Source: Candidatus Dormiibacterota bacterium
GTDB lineage: Bacteria; Chloroflexota; Limnocylindria; Limnocylindrales; CSP1-4
Assembly (NCBI GenBank): GCA_035631615.1
Contig: DASQIK010000016.1
Span: 64,577-128,576 of the forward strand
Length of the DNA stretch: 64,000 bases
Reading direction: 5' to 3'
The position numbers were made by a program, and so were the translations under genes. Positions 45,576 through 57,186 of this stretch are shown piece after piece. Within the stretch, counting starts at the first letter, position 1. Each line of letters starts with the position of its first letter. Below the pieces are notes generated by a model that made no database searches, was not told the DNA's origin, and worked only from the letters and a program-made list of their open reading frames with translations.

Positions 45576-46292
45576 CTATGCGGAGGCGTGCGCCGTCGCC
45601 ACCTCGCCGATGATCCGGGCGATGTCGTGCGGCCGCGACCACATCGGCCAGTGGCTGGTCGGCAGGTCGATCCAGGTCGCGTTGCGGAGCTCCGGGATCC
45701 CCGCGAGCCACGCTGGCGTGGGGTGCTCCTCGCGAGCGTAGGTCTGGTACTGCTCCGCGCTGAACCCGGTGCAGATGAACGTGCTCGGGATATCGCGGCG
45801 AGCCTCGCTCCCGAGGTCGGCGGCCTCGCGCAGCACACCGCCGGGGACCGGCACTGCCCGTGCACGGAACGTCGCCTTCTGGGCCTCCGACAGGCCGGCG
45901 AGGTTCTCCTCCTCGGAGACGGCGGCCCAGTCCATGGGCTTCTCGATACCCTCGAACGCCGGGTCGAGGGCGCCGACGCCGGGCGCCGTGTCGACGTAGA
46001 CCATCGCGGCGATCCTGTCCGGGACGTGGCCACTGGCGGCATAGCCGGAGAAGCCCGTCGCGCTGTGCACGGCGAGGACCACCCGCCCCGGAGCGGCGCT
46101 GACCGCATCGACGATCGCGTTGACGTGGTCCGCCATCGTGATCGTCGACCGATCGGCGTCCCTGGACTCGAGGCCGGGCAGCGTCAGGGCGACGACGTCG
46201 TGGCCGGCAGCCCGCAGGTCCGCCGCGACCACGTCCCAGGCCCAGCCACCCAGCCAAAAGCCGGGCACGAGGATGATCCGTGGTGTGCGCAT
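45576..46292 (-). CDS. Alpha/beta hydrolase
   Basis: 'IILVPGFWLGGWAW' and a nucleophile-elbow-like 'LAVHSATG'. 237 aa. Confidence 0.7.
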   Translation of the reverse strand: MRTPRIILVPGFWLGGWAWDVVAADLRAAGHDVVALTLPGLESRDADRSTITMADHVNAIVDAVSAAPGRVVLAVHSATGFSGYAASGHVPDRIAAMVYVDTAPGVGALDPAFEGIEKPMDWAAVSEEENLAGLSEAQKATFRARAVPVPGGVLREAADLGSEARRDIPSTFICTGFSAEQYQTYAREEHPTPAWLAGIPELRNATWIDLPTSHWPMWSRPHDIARIIGEVATAHASA

Positions 46293-46353
46293 CGCCTGAT
46301 GCTACCGGCCGAGCCGAGCCCTCGCGCGGCCCGTCCAGGAGCGCGGGTTACAG

Positions 46354-46563
46354 CTACGTCGCGGCCTGGATGAAGGCGAACATGACCACCAGGCCAAGGG
46401 CGATCCCGCCGATCGCCGCCGCCCATGCCATGACGTTGACCGGTCCGAGCGCCTCGCCGCCGTGCGCGTGGTCGTCGTGGCCGTGCGTGTCGCCATGATC
46501 GTCCGGCGCGCCGTGGGGCCCGACGCTTGCCTCACCGGCGTGGTGATCCTGTCGTTCGGCCAT
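46354..46563 (-). CDS. Small His/Asp-rich protein with C-terminal transmembrane helix (hypothetical)
   Basis: 69 aa: 'MAERQDHHAGEASVGPHGAPDDHGDTHGHDDHAHGG' followed by 'VMAWAAAIGGIALGLVVMFAFI'. Third positions are mostly G/C. No family recognised. Confidence 0.45.
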   Translation of the reverse strand: MAERQDHHAGEASVGPHGAPDDHGDTHGHDDHAHGGEALGPVNVMAWAAAIGGIALGLVVMFAFIQAAT

Positions 46564-46586
46564 CGGCCAAATCCTACACTCGGCCG

Positions 46587-47798
46587 GTGGCCCGGGATGC
46601 GCGGCTGCTGTTCCTCGCCCGAGCCGTCCGGATGTTCGGCTACGGCGCGCTCGGGGTCATCCTCGTGCTGTACCTGGCCGCGGCCGGCCTCGGTGCGGGC
46701 GAGATCGGGATCCTCCTGAGCCTCACCCTGGTCGGCGACACCGTCATCAGCCTGTACCTGACGACCCACGCGGACCGCATCGGGCGCCGCCGTACGCTCG
46801 TGATCGGGTCGCTGCTGATGGCGGCCGCGGGCGTGGTCTTCGCCGGCAGCACGGCCTTCGTCGTCCTCCTCGTCGCCGCCACGCTCGGTGTCCTGAGTCC
46901 GTCGGGCAACGAGGTCGGGCCGTTCCTGCCGATCGAGCAGTCCTCGCTGACCGAGGTCACGCCGAGCAACCGGCGAACGAACATCTACGCCTGGTACAAC
47001 GTGGTCGGCTCGGTGGCGACCGCGCTCGGGGCGCTGGTCAGCGGGTTCGCGGTCGGCGCGCTCCAGGCCGCGGGCTGGACCGACCTCGATGCGTATCGCG
47101 CCCTGCTCGTCGGCTACGCGATCGTCGGGCTCGCGATCGTGCCGATCGTCCGGCTCGTGTCCCCGTCGGTCGAGGTCCCTCCCGTCGACATCTCGATCGC
47201 CCGCCGACTCGGGCTGCACCGATCCCGAGGCATCGTCGCCCGCCTCGCGGTGCTCTTCGGGCTCGATGCGTTCGCCGGCGGCTTCGTCATCACGAGCCTG
47301 CTCTCGTTCTGGTTCCACCAGCGCTTCGGCGTGCCCATCGAAGCCCTGGGCGCCATCTTCTTCGGGGCCCAGCTGCTCGCTGCCGTTTCTGCCCTCGCTG
47401 CGGCGAGCATCGCGGCGCGGATCGGCCTCATCAACACGATGGTGTTCACGCATCTGCCGTCGAACGTGCTGCTGATCCTGGTGCCGCTCATGCCCACGGT
47501 CGAGCTGGCCGTGATCGTCCTCCTGCTGCGATACAGCATCAGCCAGATGGACGTCCCCACCCGCCAGAGCTACACGATGGCGGTGGTCGATCCCGACGAG
47601 CGGTCGGCGGCCGCCGGGATCACCGGCATCGCGCGGACGACCGGTGCCTCGCTGTCGCCTCTCATCGCCGCGCCGCTGTTCGGGGTCGCGGCGCTCGCGT
47701 CGGTGCCGTTCTTCATCGCGGGCGGCCTGAAGATCCTCTATGACATCGCGCTGTGGCGGGCGTTCCGTGCCCATCCCGCCCCCGAGGAGCGCGACTGA
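46587..47798 (+). CDS. MFS transporter
   Basis: 12 hydrophobic helices. 'LTLVGDTVISLYLTTHADRIGRRR' is an MFS loop 2-3 motif. Start set at GTG 46587 so the gene does not overlap the divergent small ORF. Confidence 0.75.
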   Translation: MARDARLLFLARAVRMFGYGALGVILVLYLAAAGLGAGEIGILLSLTLVGDTVISLYLTTHADRIGRRRTLVIGSLLMAAAGVVFAGSTAFVVLLVAATLGVLSPSGNEVGPFLPIEQSSLTEVTPSNRRTNIYAWYNVVGSVATALGALVSGFAVGALQAAGWTDLDAYRALLVGYAIVGLAIVPIVRLVSPSVEVPPVDISIARRLGLHRSRGIVARLAVLFGLDAFAGGFVITSLLSFWFHQRFGVPIEALGAIFFGAQLLAAVSALAAASIAARIGLINTMVFTHLPSNVLLILVPLMPTVELAVIVLLLRYSISQMDVPTRQSYTMAVVDPDERSAAAGITGIARTTGASLSPLIAAPLFGVAALASVPFFIAGGLKILYDIALWRAFRAHPAPEERD

Positions 47799-47836
47799 AC
47801 GGCGCAAACACACACGCGTCGACCAAGGTGGGGCGT

Positions 47837-48502
47837 CTACGCCGGATTCGGGCCCCGGCGCCAGCCCGGCCTGCCGAGGCGCAACCAGATGAACAGGGCG
47901 ACCAGGAGCACGGCGGCGACCGCGATCGCGAGGTCGAACGGCTGGAGGGCGTGCCGGATCGCGACCCAGTTGCCGCCGAGCTGGATGCCGGCCCAGACGA
48001 GGGCGATCGACCAGGGGATCGCACCGAGCGTCGAATACAGGACGAACTTGCCGAGGGGCATCCGAGCCACGCCGGCGGGAAACGAGATGAACGTCCGCAC
48101 GATCGGCAGCAGGCGGCTGAAGAAGGCGGTCGCCGGTCCGTATTTCTGGAAGAAGCGGTCCGCGAGCACGAGCTCGTGGTGGCGGATCAGCAGGTACTTG
48201 CCCCAACGCTCAAGGAACGGCCGCCCGCCCCATGCGCCGATGCCGTAGCCGATGAGCGATCCGACCGTGTTGCCGAGCGTCGCCACGATCACGACGATCC
48301 AGAAATCCCAGCGGACGCGGGTGATCGGCTCGAGCTGGGTCGGGTCGGAGATGAGGAAGCCGGCATACGGGAGGACGAGCTCCGAGGGCAGGGGGATCAT
48401 CGCCGATTCGATGCCCATGGCGACGCCGACGCCGACGTAGCCGACCGCGCCGTAGAGATGGTTCAGGAACGGGATGACGATCTGGTCGATGAAGGCAAGC
48501 AT
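47837..48502 (-). CDS. DedA family membrane protein
   Basis: 'GVAMGIESAMIPLPSELVLPYAGFL' and 'RLLPIVRTFISFPAGVARM' are DedA/SNARE-associated motifs. ATG 48502 chosen; GTG 48544 is possible. Confidence 0.8.
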   Translation of the reverse strand: MLAFIDQIVIPFLNHLYGAVGYVGVGVAMGIESAMIPLPSELVLPYAGFLISDPTQLEPITRVRWDFWIVVIVATLGNTVGSLIGYGIGAWGGRPFLERWGKYLLIRHHELVLADRFFQKYGPATAFFSRLLPIVRTFISFPAGVARMPLGKFVLYSTLGAIPWSIALVWAGIQLGGNWVAIRHALQPFDLAIAVAAVLLVALFIWLRLGRPGWRRGPNPA

Positions 48503-48532
48503 CGGGGGAAGATAGCCGACTATCCTCCGCCC

Positions 48533-50116
48533 GTGACCGACCACGTCGCGTTGACCGGCGCCGACCTCACCGTCGCCGACGTGGAGGCGGTGGCCCGCCG
48601 CGGCGCCGCGGTCGTCCTTGACCCGGCCGCGAAGGCCCGCATGGAGGCGTCACGGGCCGTCGTCGAACGGCTCGTCGACGAGGGCGCCGTCGTCTACGGC
48701 GTGACGACCGGGGTCGGCTTCCTGGCCAACCGGTCGATCGACCGCGCCGACGCGGCACGACTCCAGGAGAACCTCCTCGTCAGCCATGCGGCGGGCGTCG
48801 GCGAGCCGCTCCCGCGCGAGGTCGTGCGGGCGATGCTCCTGCTCCGCGCCAACACGCTCGCGCTCGGGTTCTCCGGGGCGCGCCCGATCATCGCCGAGCG
48901 CCTGATCGACTTCCTCCGCCTCGGGATCCACCCGGTCGTGCCGGCACAGGGCTCCGTGGGCGCCTCGGGGGATCTCGCGCCGCTGGCCCACCTGGCGCTG
49001 CCGCTGATCGGCCGCGGGCAGGTGGAGTTCCGCGGGCACGTGGTCCCGGCGCTCATTGCGCTGCGCGAGACGGGCCTCGAGCCGCTGGTGCTCGGGGCCA
49101 AGGAGGGGCTCGCGATCCTGAACGGGACGCAGCTGATGTCCGCGCTCGGCGCGCTCGTCGCCGCGGACGCGGCGCGGCTGATGGTCACCGCGAGCGTGGC
49201 GGCGGCGATGTCGGTGGAGGCGCTGCTCGCGACGGACATCGCGTTCGCCGCCGCACTCCAGGCAGCGCGCCCGCATCCGGGCCAGGTCGGGGTGGCCGCC
49301 GAGCTCCGCTGGCTCCTGCGTGAGAGCACGCTGCAGCAGTCGCATCACGCGTCCGCCCACAAGGTCCAGGACCCGTACTCGCTGCGCTGCGTCCCCCAGG
49401 TCCACGGCGCGGTCCGCGACGCGCTCGACCACCTCGGGCGCGTCCTCGCCATCGAGATGAACGCGGCCACGGACAACCCGCTGATCTTCCCGGACGGTGC
49501 AGTCGCGGACGCGAGAGCGCAGGCGACCGGCGGCGGACGCGTGATCTCTGGCGGCAACTTCCATGGCGAGCCGATCGCGCTCGCGCTCGACTTCGCCAAG
49601 CTCGCCCTGGCCGAGCTCGGCTCGATCAGCGAGCGGCGGATCGCGCAGCTCGTCGACCCGAACCAGAGCTGCGGGCTGCCCGCCTTCCTCGCCTCGGACT
49701 CCGGGCTCGACAGCGGCTACATGCTGCTCCAGTACACCGCCGCGGCTCTGGCCTCGGAGAACAAGGGCCTTGCGCATCCCGCGTCCGCGGACTCGATCCC
49801 GACGAGCGCGAACCAGGAGGATCACGTCTCGATGGGCCCGATCGCGGGCCGTCAGGCACGGGTCGTCGTCGAGCACGTGGAGCGGATCATCGCGATCGAG
49901 CTGCTGTGCGCCGCACGCGCGCTCGATCTCCGGCTGGCCCTCGTTCCCGGCGCCGTTCCCGGCGCCGGCGTCGTCGCCGCGCACGCCGCGATCCGGCGGG
50001 TGGTCCGGCCGTGGGACGGCGATCGCGAGCCGGGGCCCGACGTCGAGGCGGTCACGCGACTCGTCCACGACGGTGCCCTTGCGGGGCTTGCCGACCCGGC
50101 GGGCGAGGTGGCATGA
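48533..50116 (+). CDS. hutH: Histidine ammonia-lyase
   Basis: 'VYGVTTGVGFLA' and MIO-forming 'GSVGASGDLAPLAHLAL'. GTG 48533 inside track ORF 47753..50116. Confidence 0.9.
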   Translation: MTDHVALTGADLTVADVEAVARRGAAVVLDPAAKARMEASRAVVERLVDEGAVVYGVTTGVGFLANRSIDRADAARLQENLLVSHAAGVGEPLPREVVRAMLLLRANTLALGFSGARPIIAERLIDFLRLGIHPVVPAQGSVGASGDLAPLAHLALPLIGRGQVEFRGHVVPALIALRETGLEPLVLGAKEGLAILNGTQLMSALGALVAADAARLMVTASVAAAMSVEALLATDIAFAAALQAARPHPGQVGVAAELRWLLRESTLQQSHHASAHKVQDPYSLRCVPQVHGAVRDALDHLGRVLAIEMNAATDNPLIFPDGAVADARAQATGGGRVISGGNFHGEPIALALDFAKLALAELGSISERRIAQLVDPNQSCGLPAFLASDSGLDSGYMLLQYTAAALASENKGLAHPASADSIPTSANQEDHVSMGPIAGRQARVVVEHVERIIAIELLCAARALDLRLALVPGAVPGAGVVAAHAAIRRVVRPWDGDREPGPDVEAVTRLVHDGALAGLADPAGEVA

Positions 50117-50889
50117 CGGCGGTTCGGATCGTGGACGTGACCGACGCGGCCGGGTTCGGACGAATCCCGCCATGCGTCGACCCGGGGTTCGACCATCGGA
50201 CGTGCGACTACTGGGAGGACGACCGGCGCGGCTCGAAGGCCGCCCGGCTGTCGTGGCTCGAGCCGGCGCCGCCACCGGCCGCCCGTCCGAGCCTCGCCGA
50301 CAATCCGTTCGCGCCACCCGACCGCGGGCCCGCGTTCAACCCGTTCGACCCGAAGGCCGCCAACCGGCCGGCCGCGGGGAGCTTCCTCGACCCGTTCGCG
50401 GATGCGGACAACGAGGCGATCGACAACCCGTTCGCGCCGAGGCGGGATCGTGGGCCCGCCGTTGCGCCGGACGCCCCGCGCAAGGTCCAGCTGCTGGGGC
50501 GCGGGCTGGCCGTGTTCGGGAGCTATGCGAAGGTCCTCGAGGCGGACGGCGAGCCCGCGGTGTACTGCCAGTTCGGACCGCTCTCGGCGTATCCGCGCGC
50601 CCAGCGCGTGCGCGACCTGTATCCGAAGCTCCCGAGCGCGCCGCTGCCGGCGGTGATCACGTGCATCGCGACGACATCGGCGGCGCGGGGCAGGGGCCTC
50701 GCGAAGGCGCTCGTCGAGGCGGTGGTCGAAGACCTGACGGCGCGCGGATTCTCCGCCGTCGAGGCGTATCCGGAGCCCGAGGCACGCGCCGACGCCACGA
50801 GCGCGGCAAACCCGGCATTCTGGCGGGCATGCGGGTTCGAGCTGGCGGTCGACGACGACCGGTTCCCGGTCGTGCGGCGGGAGCTGTGA
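50113..50889 (+). CDS. GNAT-like N-acetyltransferase with internal (D/N)PF-repeat insert
   Basis: ATGA overlap with hutH. C-terminal '[30 protein letters not shown]...[11 protein letters not shown]' is a GNAT core. The middle contains 'NPFAPP', 'FNPFDP', 'LDPFAD' and 'DNPFAP'. Confidence 0.6.
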   Translation: MTAVRIVDVTDAAGFGRIPPCVDPGFDHRTCDYWEDDRRGSKAARLSWLEPAPPPAARPSLADNPFAPPDRGPAFNPFDPKAANRPAAGSFLDPFADADNEAIDNPFAPRRDRGPAVAPDAPRKVQLLGRGLAVFGSYAKVLEADGEPAVYCQFGPLSAYPRAQRVRDLYPKLPSAPLPAVITCIATTSAARGRGLAKALVEAVVEDLTARGFSAVEAYPEPEARADATSAANPAFWRACGFELAVDDDRFPVVRREL

Positions 50890-51541
50890 ATCTCGCTCCC
50901 GTGGCGGCCCACCGCCGGGCGCCCGCGACGCTTTCCCTCGCGATCTGCCTGGCGCTGGCCGCGTGCTCCACGGCCGCGCCCACATCCGTCCCCTTGTTCT
51001 CGGGGAGCGGCCCGGGCGCAACCGCCGCGACCCTCCCGCCCGCGAGCTTCGGGCCGCCGCCGAGCCAGACGCCACCCGACGACGCCGCGCCGCTCAGTCT
51101 CGACAGCTCGCTCCTGGCGCTGCTGCCCGCGACCGTCGCCGGCATCAACGTCACCGAGGATCCCGACGCCGCGGCGGCGTCGCTCGGCAACGCTTCGCTG
51201 CCGGCGCTTGCGACCGCGCTCGACGCTGCCGTCGCGGTCGATGCCGGGAACGGCAACCTGGTGTACGCGCTGGTCGTGCGGATCCGGCCGACCGCGTTCG
51301 GGGACGAGGCCTTCCGGCAGTGGCGCGACTCGTACGACCAGGGCGCGTGCGCGGCGGGCGGCGGCGTCATCGGCAATGCAGGGGCGACGCTCGGTGGCCG
51401 TCAGACGTTCATCACGAGCTGTGTCGGCGGCATGCACACCTACCACGTGTTCCTGAAGAGCCAGGGCATCGTGATCTCGGCGTCGGCGATCGGGCCGGGA
51501 CGGTTCGGCGAGCTGCTCGTCACGAACCTGCGCGTGCCCTC

Positions 51542-51545
<4 letters not shown>
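50886..51545 (+). CDS. Lipoprotein (hypothetical)
   Basis: GTG 50886 forms a GTGA overlap with the upstream stop. Lipobox 'LALAACS'. Pro/Ala-rich linker followed by a globular C-terminal domain. Confidence 0.6.
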
Positions 51546-53211
<1,666 letters not shown>

Positions 53212-53215
<4 letters not shown>

Positions 53216-54492
53216 GCGGGCTCGCCGACCGGCGGCGCGACCATCCCGCGGTCCGGGTCCCGCACGCCCGGCAGGAGCAGGAGCATGCCCATCAACGCGG
53301 CCCCGAGCAGGCCGCCGCCGATGATCGTGGCCTCGGGCCCGAAGACGGCGGCCACCGGGCCCGTCAACAGGAACGAGACCGGCACGAGCCCGGTCGAGAC
53401 GAGCCAGTCGAGGCTCGAGACGCGGCCGAGGAGGTTCCTCGGGACGAGCTGCTGGAGCATCGTCTCCCAGATGATCGTCCCCACCTGGAACATCGCCTGC
53501 AATGCGAAGCAGATCAGCAGCGCCTGCCACAGCGCGGTCATCACCCCGAACGCCGCGATGAGGGCCACCCCGAGCGTCCAGGCGGCGTACATCACCGTCA
53601 CCCGGCGGGCGGGCATGCCCAGGACCCCGGTCGCGACCGATGCAACGATCGAGCCGATGCCGCCCGCCGCGAAGATCAGGCCGAGGGAATCGGGTCCGAG
53701 CAGGAGGCGGTTCTTGATGAGGTAGGGGACGAGCACCTCCATCGGCCCCATGAAGACCAGCAGCGAGAACATGGCCGCGAGCAGCGTCGCCCAGATCCAG
53801 GGCACGGATCGGACGTAACGGAGGCCGTCGCGGACCTCCGTGAGGGTCTGCCGAATGCCATGGCCCGCGACGGGTCGCCGCATCGGTCGGGCCCGGATCG
53901 CGAAGACCGCCGCGGCCGAGACCAGGAACGAGGCCGCATCGATGGCGAACGCGAGCGGCGGCCCGGCGACGGCGACGACGATGCCCGCCACCGCCGGTCC
54001 GACCATGCGCGCGATGAACGGGCGGTACATGCCGGCAAAGGCATTGGCGGCCGGCAGCTGCTCGTTCGGGACGAGCTCGGGGACGATCGACGACGAGGCG
54101 GGGTTGAAGAACGCGTTGCCGAGGCCGACGAAGGCGTACAGGACCGCGATGTGCCAGAGCTGGATCAGCCCGGTCGCCGAGAGGACCGCCATGGCCCCGA
54201 TCGCCGCCGCTCGGACCAGGTCGGCCGAGATCAGGAGCTTGCGGCGGTCGTACCGATCCGAAAGCGCGCCTGCGATCAGGAGGAACAGCACCATCGGCAC
54301 CGTGCCGGCGACGCCGACGAAGGCGAGCGCCGTCGGGACGTTGCTGATCGCGTAGACCTGCCACGTCAGTGCCAGGAAGAAGAACCCGTCGCCGAAGAGG
54401 GAGACGACGCTGCCACCGACGAGAAGGGCGTAGTCGCGGTGCCGAAGCGGCTGCAGGAGCCGCGCGCTGGCGAGGCGGCGCGGCAGGCTCAT
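53212..54492 (-). CDS. MFS transporter (EntS/MFS_3-like)
   Basis: '[26 protein letters not shown]' and '[14 protein letters not shown]'. 12 TM helices. Paralogue of the adjacent gene. Confidence 0.8.
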
Positions 54493-55829
54493 GCCGGCGC
54501 AGCGTCCTCGGTTGCCGAGGTTGCCGACCCTGCGGGGGCGGCCGCCGGCGCCTGCTGGAACCGCTGCTCGAGGCCGAGGTTCCGGACCGACGGCGACAGG
54601 AGCGAGCCGAGTGCAAGGAGGGCCATCCCGCAGCCGGCGACGATCATCGTCCCGTCCACGCTGAGCTGGACCGCGGCGCCCGCGACGAACATCGAGAGCG
54701 GAATCAGCCCGACGGAGCCCGTGATCATCAGGCTCATCACGCGACCCATGAGCTCCGGCGGGATGCGGCCCTGGATCCAGGTGATCCCGAGCAGGTTGCC
54801 AACGCCGAGCGCCGTCCCGGAGATCCCGATGACGAGGGCCGCCAGGAGCGTCGTGTGCACGAACGCGATCGCCGCGACGCCGAGGCCGGCGACCGCGAGC
54901 GTCCCGATCACGATCGGGCCGAGCCAGGCGCCTCTCGGCGCGGGCAGGATCGAGGCGATGATCAGGCCCAGGAGGGACCCGCCGCCGAACGCGGCCATGA
55001 CGATCCCGAAGCCAGCCGCGCCCTCCGGGAGCCGCGAGTAGGCGATGAACGGCATGCCGACCTCGAACGGCCCGACGATGAACAGGTTGCCGGCAAGGCT
55101 CACCACGATCACGGCGCGCAGGCCGGGCGAGCTCCAGACAAAGCGGACGCCCTCCCGGATCGACTCGAGGATGGACCCGTGCTCCTGGGCGTTGTGCGCC
55201 CGCGGGCGGATCAGCCAGAGCGTGACGAGCGAGGCGAGGAAGGTCGCCGCGTCGAACAGGAGCGCGATCCCGATGCCGCCATCCGTCGCGCCGGCGCTGC
55301 CCGACCCCAGCGCCGCGATCACGACCCCGGCGATCGCCGGCCCGACGAGGACGGTCGCCTGCGCGGTGCCCTGGACGATGCCGTTGGCCCGCTGGAGCTG
55401 GTCACCCTCGACCAGCTCGGGCACGATCGAGGTCTGGGCCGGGAAGAAGAACGCATCGGCCACCCCGAACACCAGGGCGAAGGCGTAGAGCATCCAGAGC
55501 TGGGCGGCGCCGGCCAGGACGACCAGTCCGAGGGCCGTGACGGCGACCAGGCGGACGGCATTCGAGCCGAGCATCACCCGGCGCGGCGAGAACCGGTCCA
55601 CGGACACACCGCCGACGATCATCAGGAGCGCACGTGGCACGGCCATCAGCGCCAGCACGCCGCCGAGCGCCAGGGCGCTGCCGGTCAGGACGAGGGCGAG
55701 CCATGGCAGGGCGATCAGCGCGAACTGGTCGCCGAGCGACGAGATCGCCTCGCCGGTCCAGAGGAGCCGGAAGTCGCGGACGCCAAAGGGCGAGCGAGAG
55801 GTGGTCGCGGGTGCGGTGGTCGTGGTCAT
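54489..55829 (-). CDS. MFS transporter (EntS/MFS_3-like)
   Basis: 'FRLLWTGEAISSLGDQFALIALPWLAL' and 'GGVSVDRFSPRRVM'. ATGA overlap with the downstream paralogue. Confidence 0.8.
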   Translation of the reverse strand: MTTTTAPATTSRSPFGVRDFRLLWTGEAISSLGDQFALIALPWLALVLTGSALALGGVLALMAVPRALLMIVGGVSVDRFSPRRVMLGSNAVRLVAVTALGLVVLAGAAQLWMLYAFALVFGVADAFFFPAQTSIVPELVEGDQLQRANGIVQGTAQATVLVGPAIAGVVIAALGSGSAGATDGGIGIALLFDAATFLASLVTLWLIRPRAHNAQEHGSILESIREGVRFVWSSPGLRAVIVVSLAGNLFIVGPFEVGMPFIAYSRLPEGAAGFGIVMAAFGGGSLLGLIIASILPAPRGAWLGPIVIGTLAVAGLGVAAIAFVHTTLLAALVIGISGTALGVGNLLGITWIQGRIPPELMGRVMSLMITGSVGLIPLSMFVAGAAVQLSVDGTMIVAGCGMALLALGSLLSPSVRNLGLEQRFQQAPAAAPAGSATSATEDAAPA

Positions 55830-55873
55830 GCGAGGTCTCCTGCTGCCGTGGTCATGGTGACCTGCGGCGCGGA

Positions 55874-56056
55874 TCAGCGGGCGGCAGCGCTCAGGCGGCG
55901 AGGCGCGGGCGCCCAGCCGAGCAGCGAGCTGAGCGTCGTCGCGATCGAGCGCGTGGGCCGGCCGGCATCGCGGGCGGCCTGGGCGTCGCGGAGCTCGGTG
56001 CCGATCTGGCGGAGCTCGGCGAGGCGATGGTCAAGGTTGACTTGCGAGGCGAGCAT
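55874..56056 (-). CDS. Small hypothetical protein (60 aa) heading the MFS operon
   Basis: ATG 56056 is preceded by GGGGGA at a 7-nt spacing. Third positions are nearly all G/C. No domain recognised. Confidence 0.35.
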   Translation of the reverse strand: MLASQVNLDHRLAELRQIGTELRDAQAARDAGRPTRSIATTLSSLLGWAPAPRRLSAAAR

Positions 56057-56110
56057 GTTCCGGTCCCCCTTCGTGGTGTGCGGTTGATTGGCGGACTATG
56101 GCATAGGTAC

Positions 56111-56139
56111 TTTCGAAATGTCAATACCAAGTTTCGAAA
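56111..56139. promoter_or_regulatory. Two TTTCGAAA palindromes 21 bp apart in a divergent promoter region (candidate operator pair)
   Basis: TTTCGAAA occurs at 56111..56118 and 56132..56139 in the only AT-rich stretch between the MFS operon and the formimidoyltransferase gene. A minus-strand TTGACA (56124..56119) with CATAGT 18 nt downstream brackets the first palindrome. Confidence 0.55.
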
Positions 56140-56206
56140 AGTGATAGCACATGGTTCTTTCGCGCCGGTCCTGCGGTCCGACCGCCGGCTGTGTCACGAT
56201 CTCGGC

Positions 56207-57175
56207 ATGCTCGTGGAGTCGGTCCCGAACTACTCGGAGGGGCGACGCCTCACCGTTGTCGATCGGCTCGCGGCGGCCGCTCGCGGGACTCCCGGGGCGT
56301 ACCTGCTCGACCGGACGAGCGACGCCTCCCACAACCGCTCGGTGCTGACCCTCGCCGGCGACGCGCCGGCGGTGGAGCGGGCGCTCGAGGCCACGATCGC
56401 AACGGCGATCGAGTCCATCGACATGGAGCGACACACGGGCGCGCACCCGCGGATCGGGGCGGTCGACGTCATCCCGTTCGTGCCGCTCGGCTCGACGACG
56501 ATCGAGGATTGCGTGGCGCTGGCCCGGTCATTCGGGGCACGGGTCGCGGACCGGTTCGGGCTGCCGGTCTACCTGTATGCGCGCGCGGCGACCCGCCCGG
56601 ACCGCGTGCGGCTCGCCGACGTTCGCCGTGGCGGCTACGAGGCGGTCCGCGACGAGATCGGCGATCCGGCGATGGACCGGCGCCCGGACTTCGGGCCGGC
56701 GGCGACGCATCCCCGGGCCGGTGCCGTCGCGGTCGGCGCCCGGCCGTTCCTGATCGCCTGGAACATCAACCTCGACTCGAACGACGTCGAGGTGGCCAAG
56801 CGCATCGCCAGGCAGGTGCGGGAGTCGGGGGGCGGCCTGCCCGCGGTCCAGGGCAACGGCTTCATGATCGAGGAGCTCGACGCCGCCCAGGTGTCGATGA
56901 ACCTGCTCGACTTCGCCACGACCCCGATGTGGCGCGTCTACGACGAGGTCGCCCGGCTGGCGGACACGGAGGGCGTCGGAATCCGCGAATCGGAGCTGAT
57001 CGGGCTTGCGCCGCAGGCGGCGCTGGATGGCGTCGCCGTGCACGCCGGCGCCGATCCGGCGGCCGGCCCGGAGGCGAGATTCGCCGCTGCCGCCGGCTAC
57101 CTGCGGCTGCGCGACGCCAGCCCGCTGATGGTGCTCGAGGAGCGGCTCGCGGCGGCGCGCGCGTCGGCCGGCTGA
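56207..57175 (+). CDS. Glutamate formimidoyltransferase (FTCD N-domain type)
   Basis: 'MLVESVPNYSEGRR', 'DASHNRSVLTL' and 'HTGAHPRIGAVDVIPFVPL' are formiminotransferase motifs. ATG 56207 inside track ORF 55634..57175. Confidence 0.85.
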   Translation: MLVESVPNYSEGRRLTVVDRLAAAARGTPGAYLLDRTSDASHNRSVLTLAGDAPAVERALEATIATAIESIDMERHTGAHPRIGAVDVIPFVPLGSTTIEDCVALARSFGARVADRFGLPVYLYARAATRPDRVRLADVRRGGYEAVRDEIGDPAMDRRPDFGPAATHPRAGAVAVGARPFLIAWNINLDSNDVEVAKRIARQVRESGGGLPAVQGNGFMIEELDAAQVSMNLLDFATTPMWRVYDEVARLADTEGVGIRESELIGLAPQAALDGVAVHAGADPAAGPEARFAAAAGYLRLRDASPLMVLEERLAAARASAG

Positions 57176-57186
57176 TCGAGCCGCCG

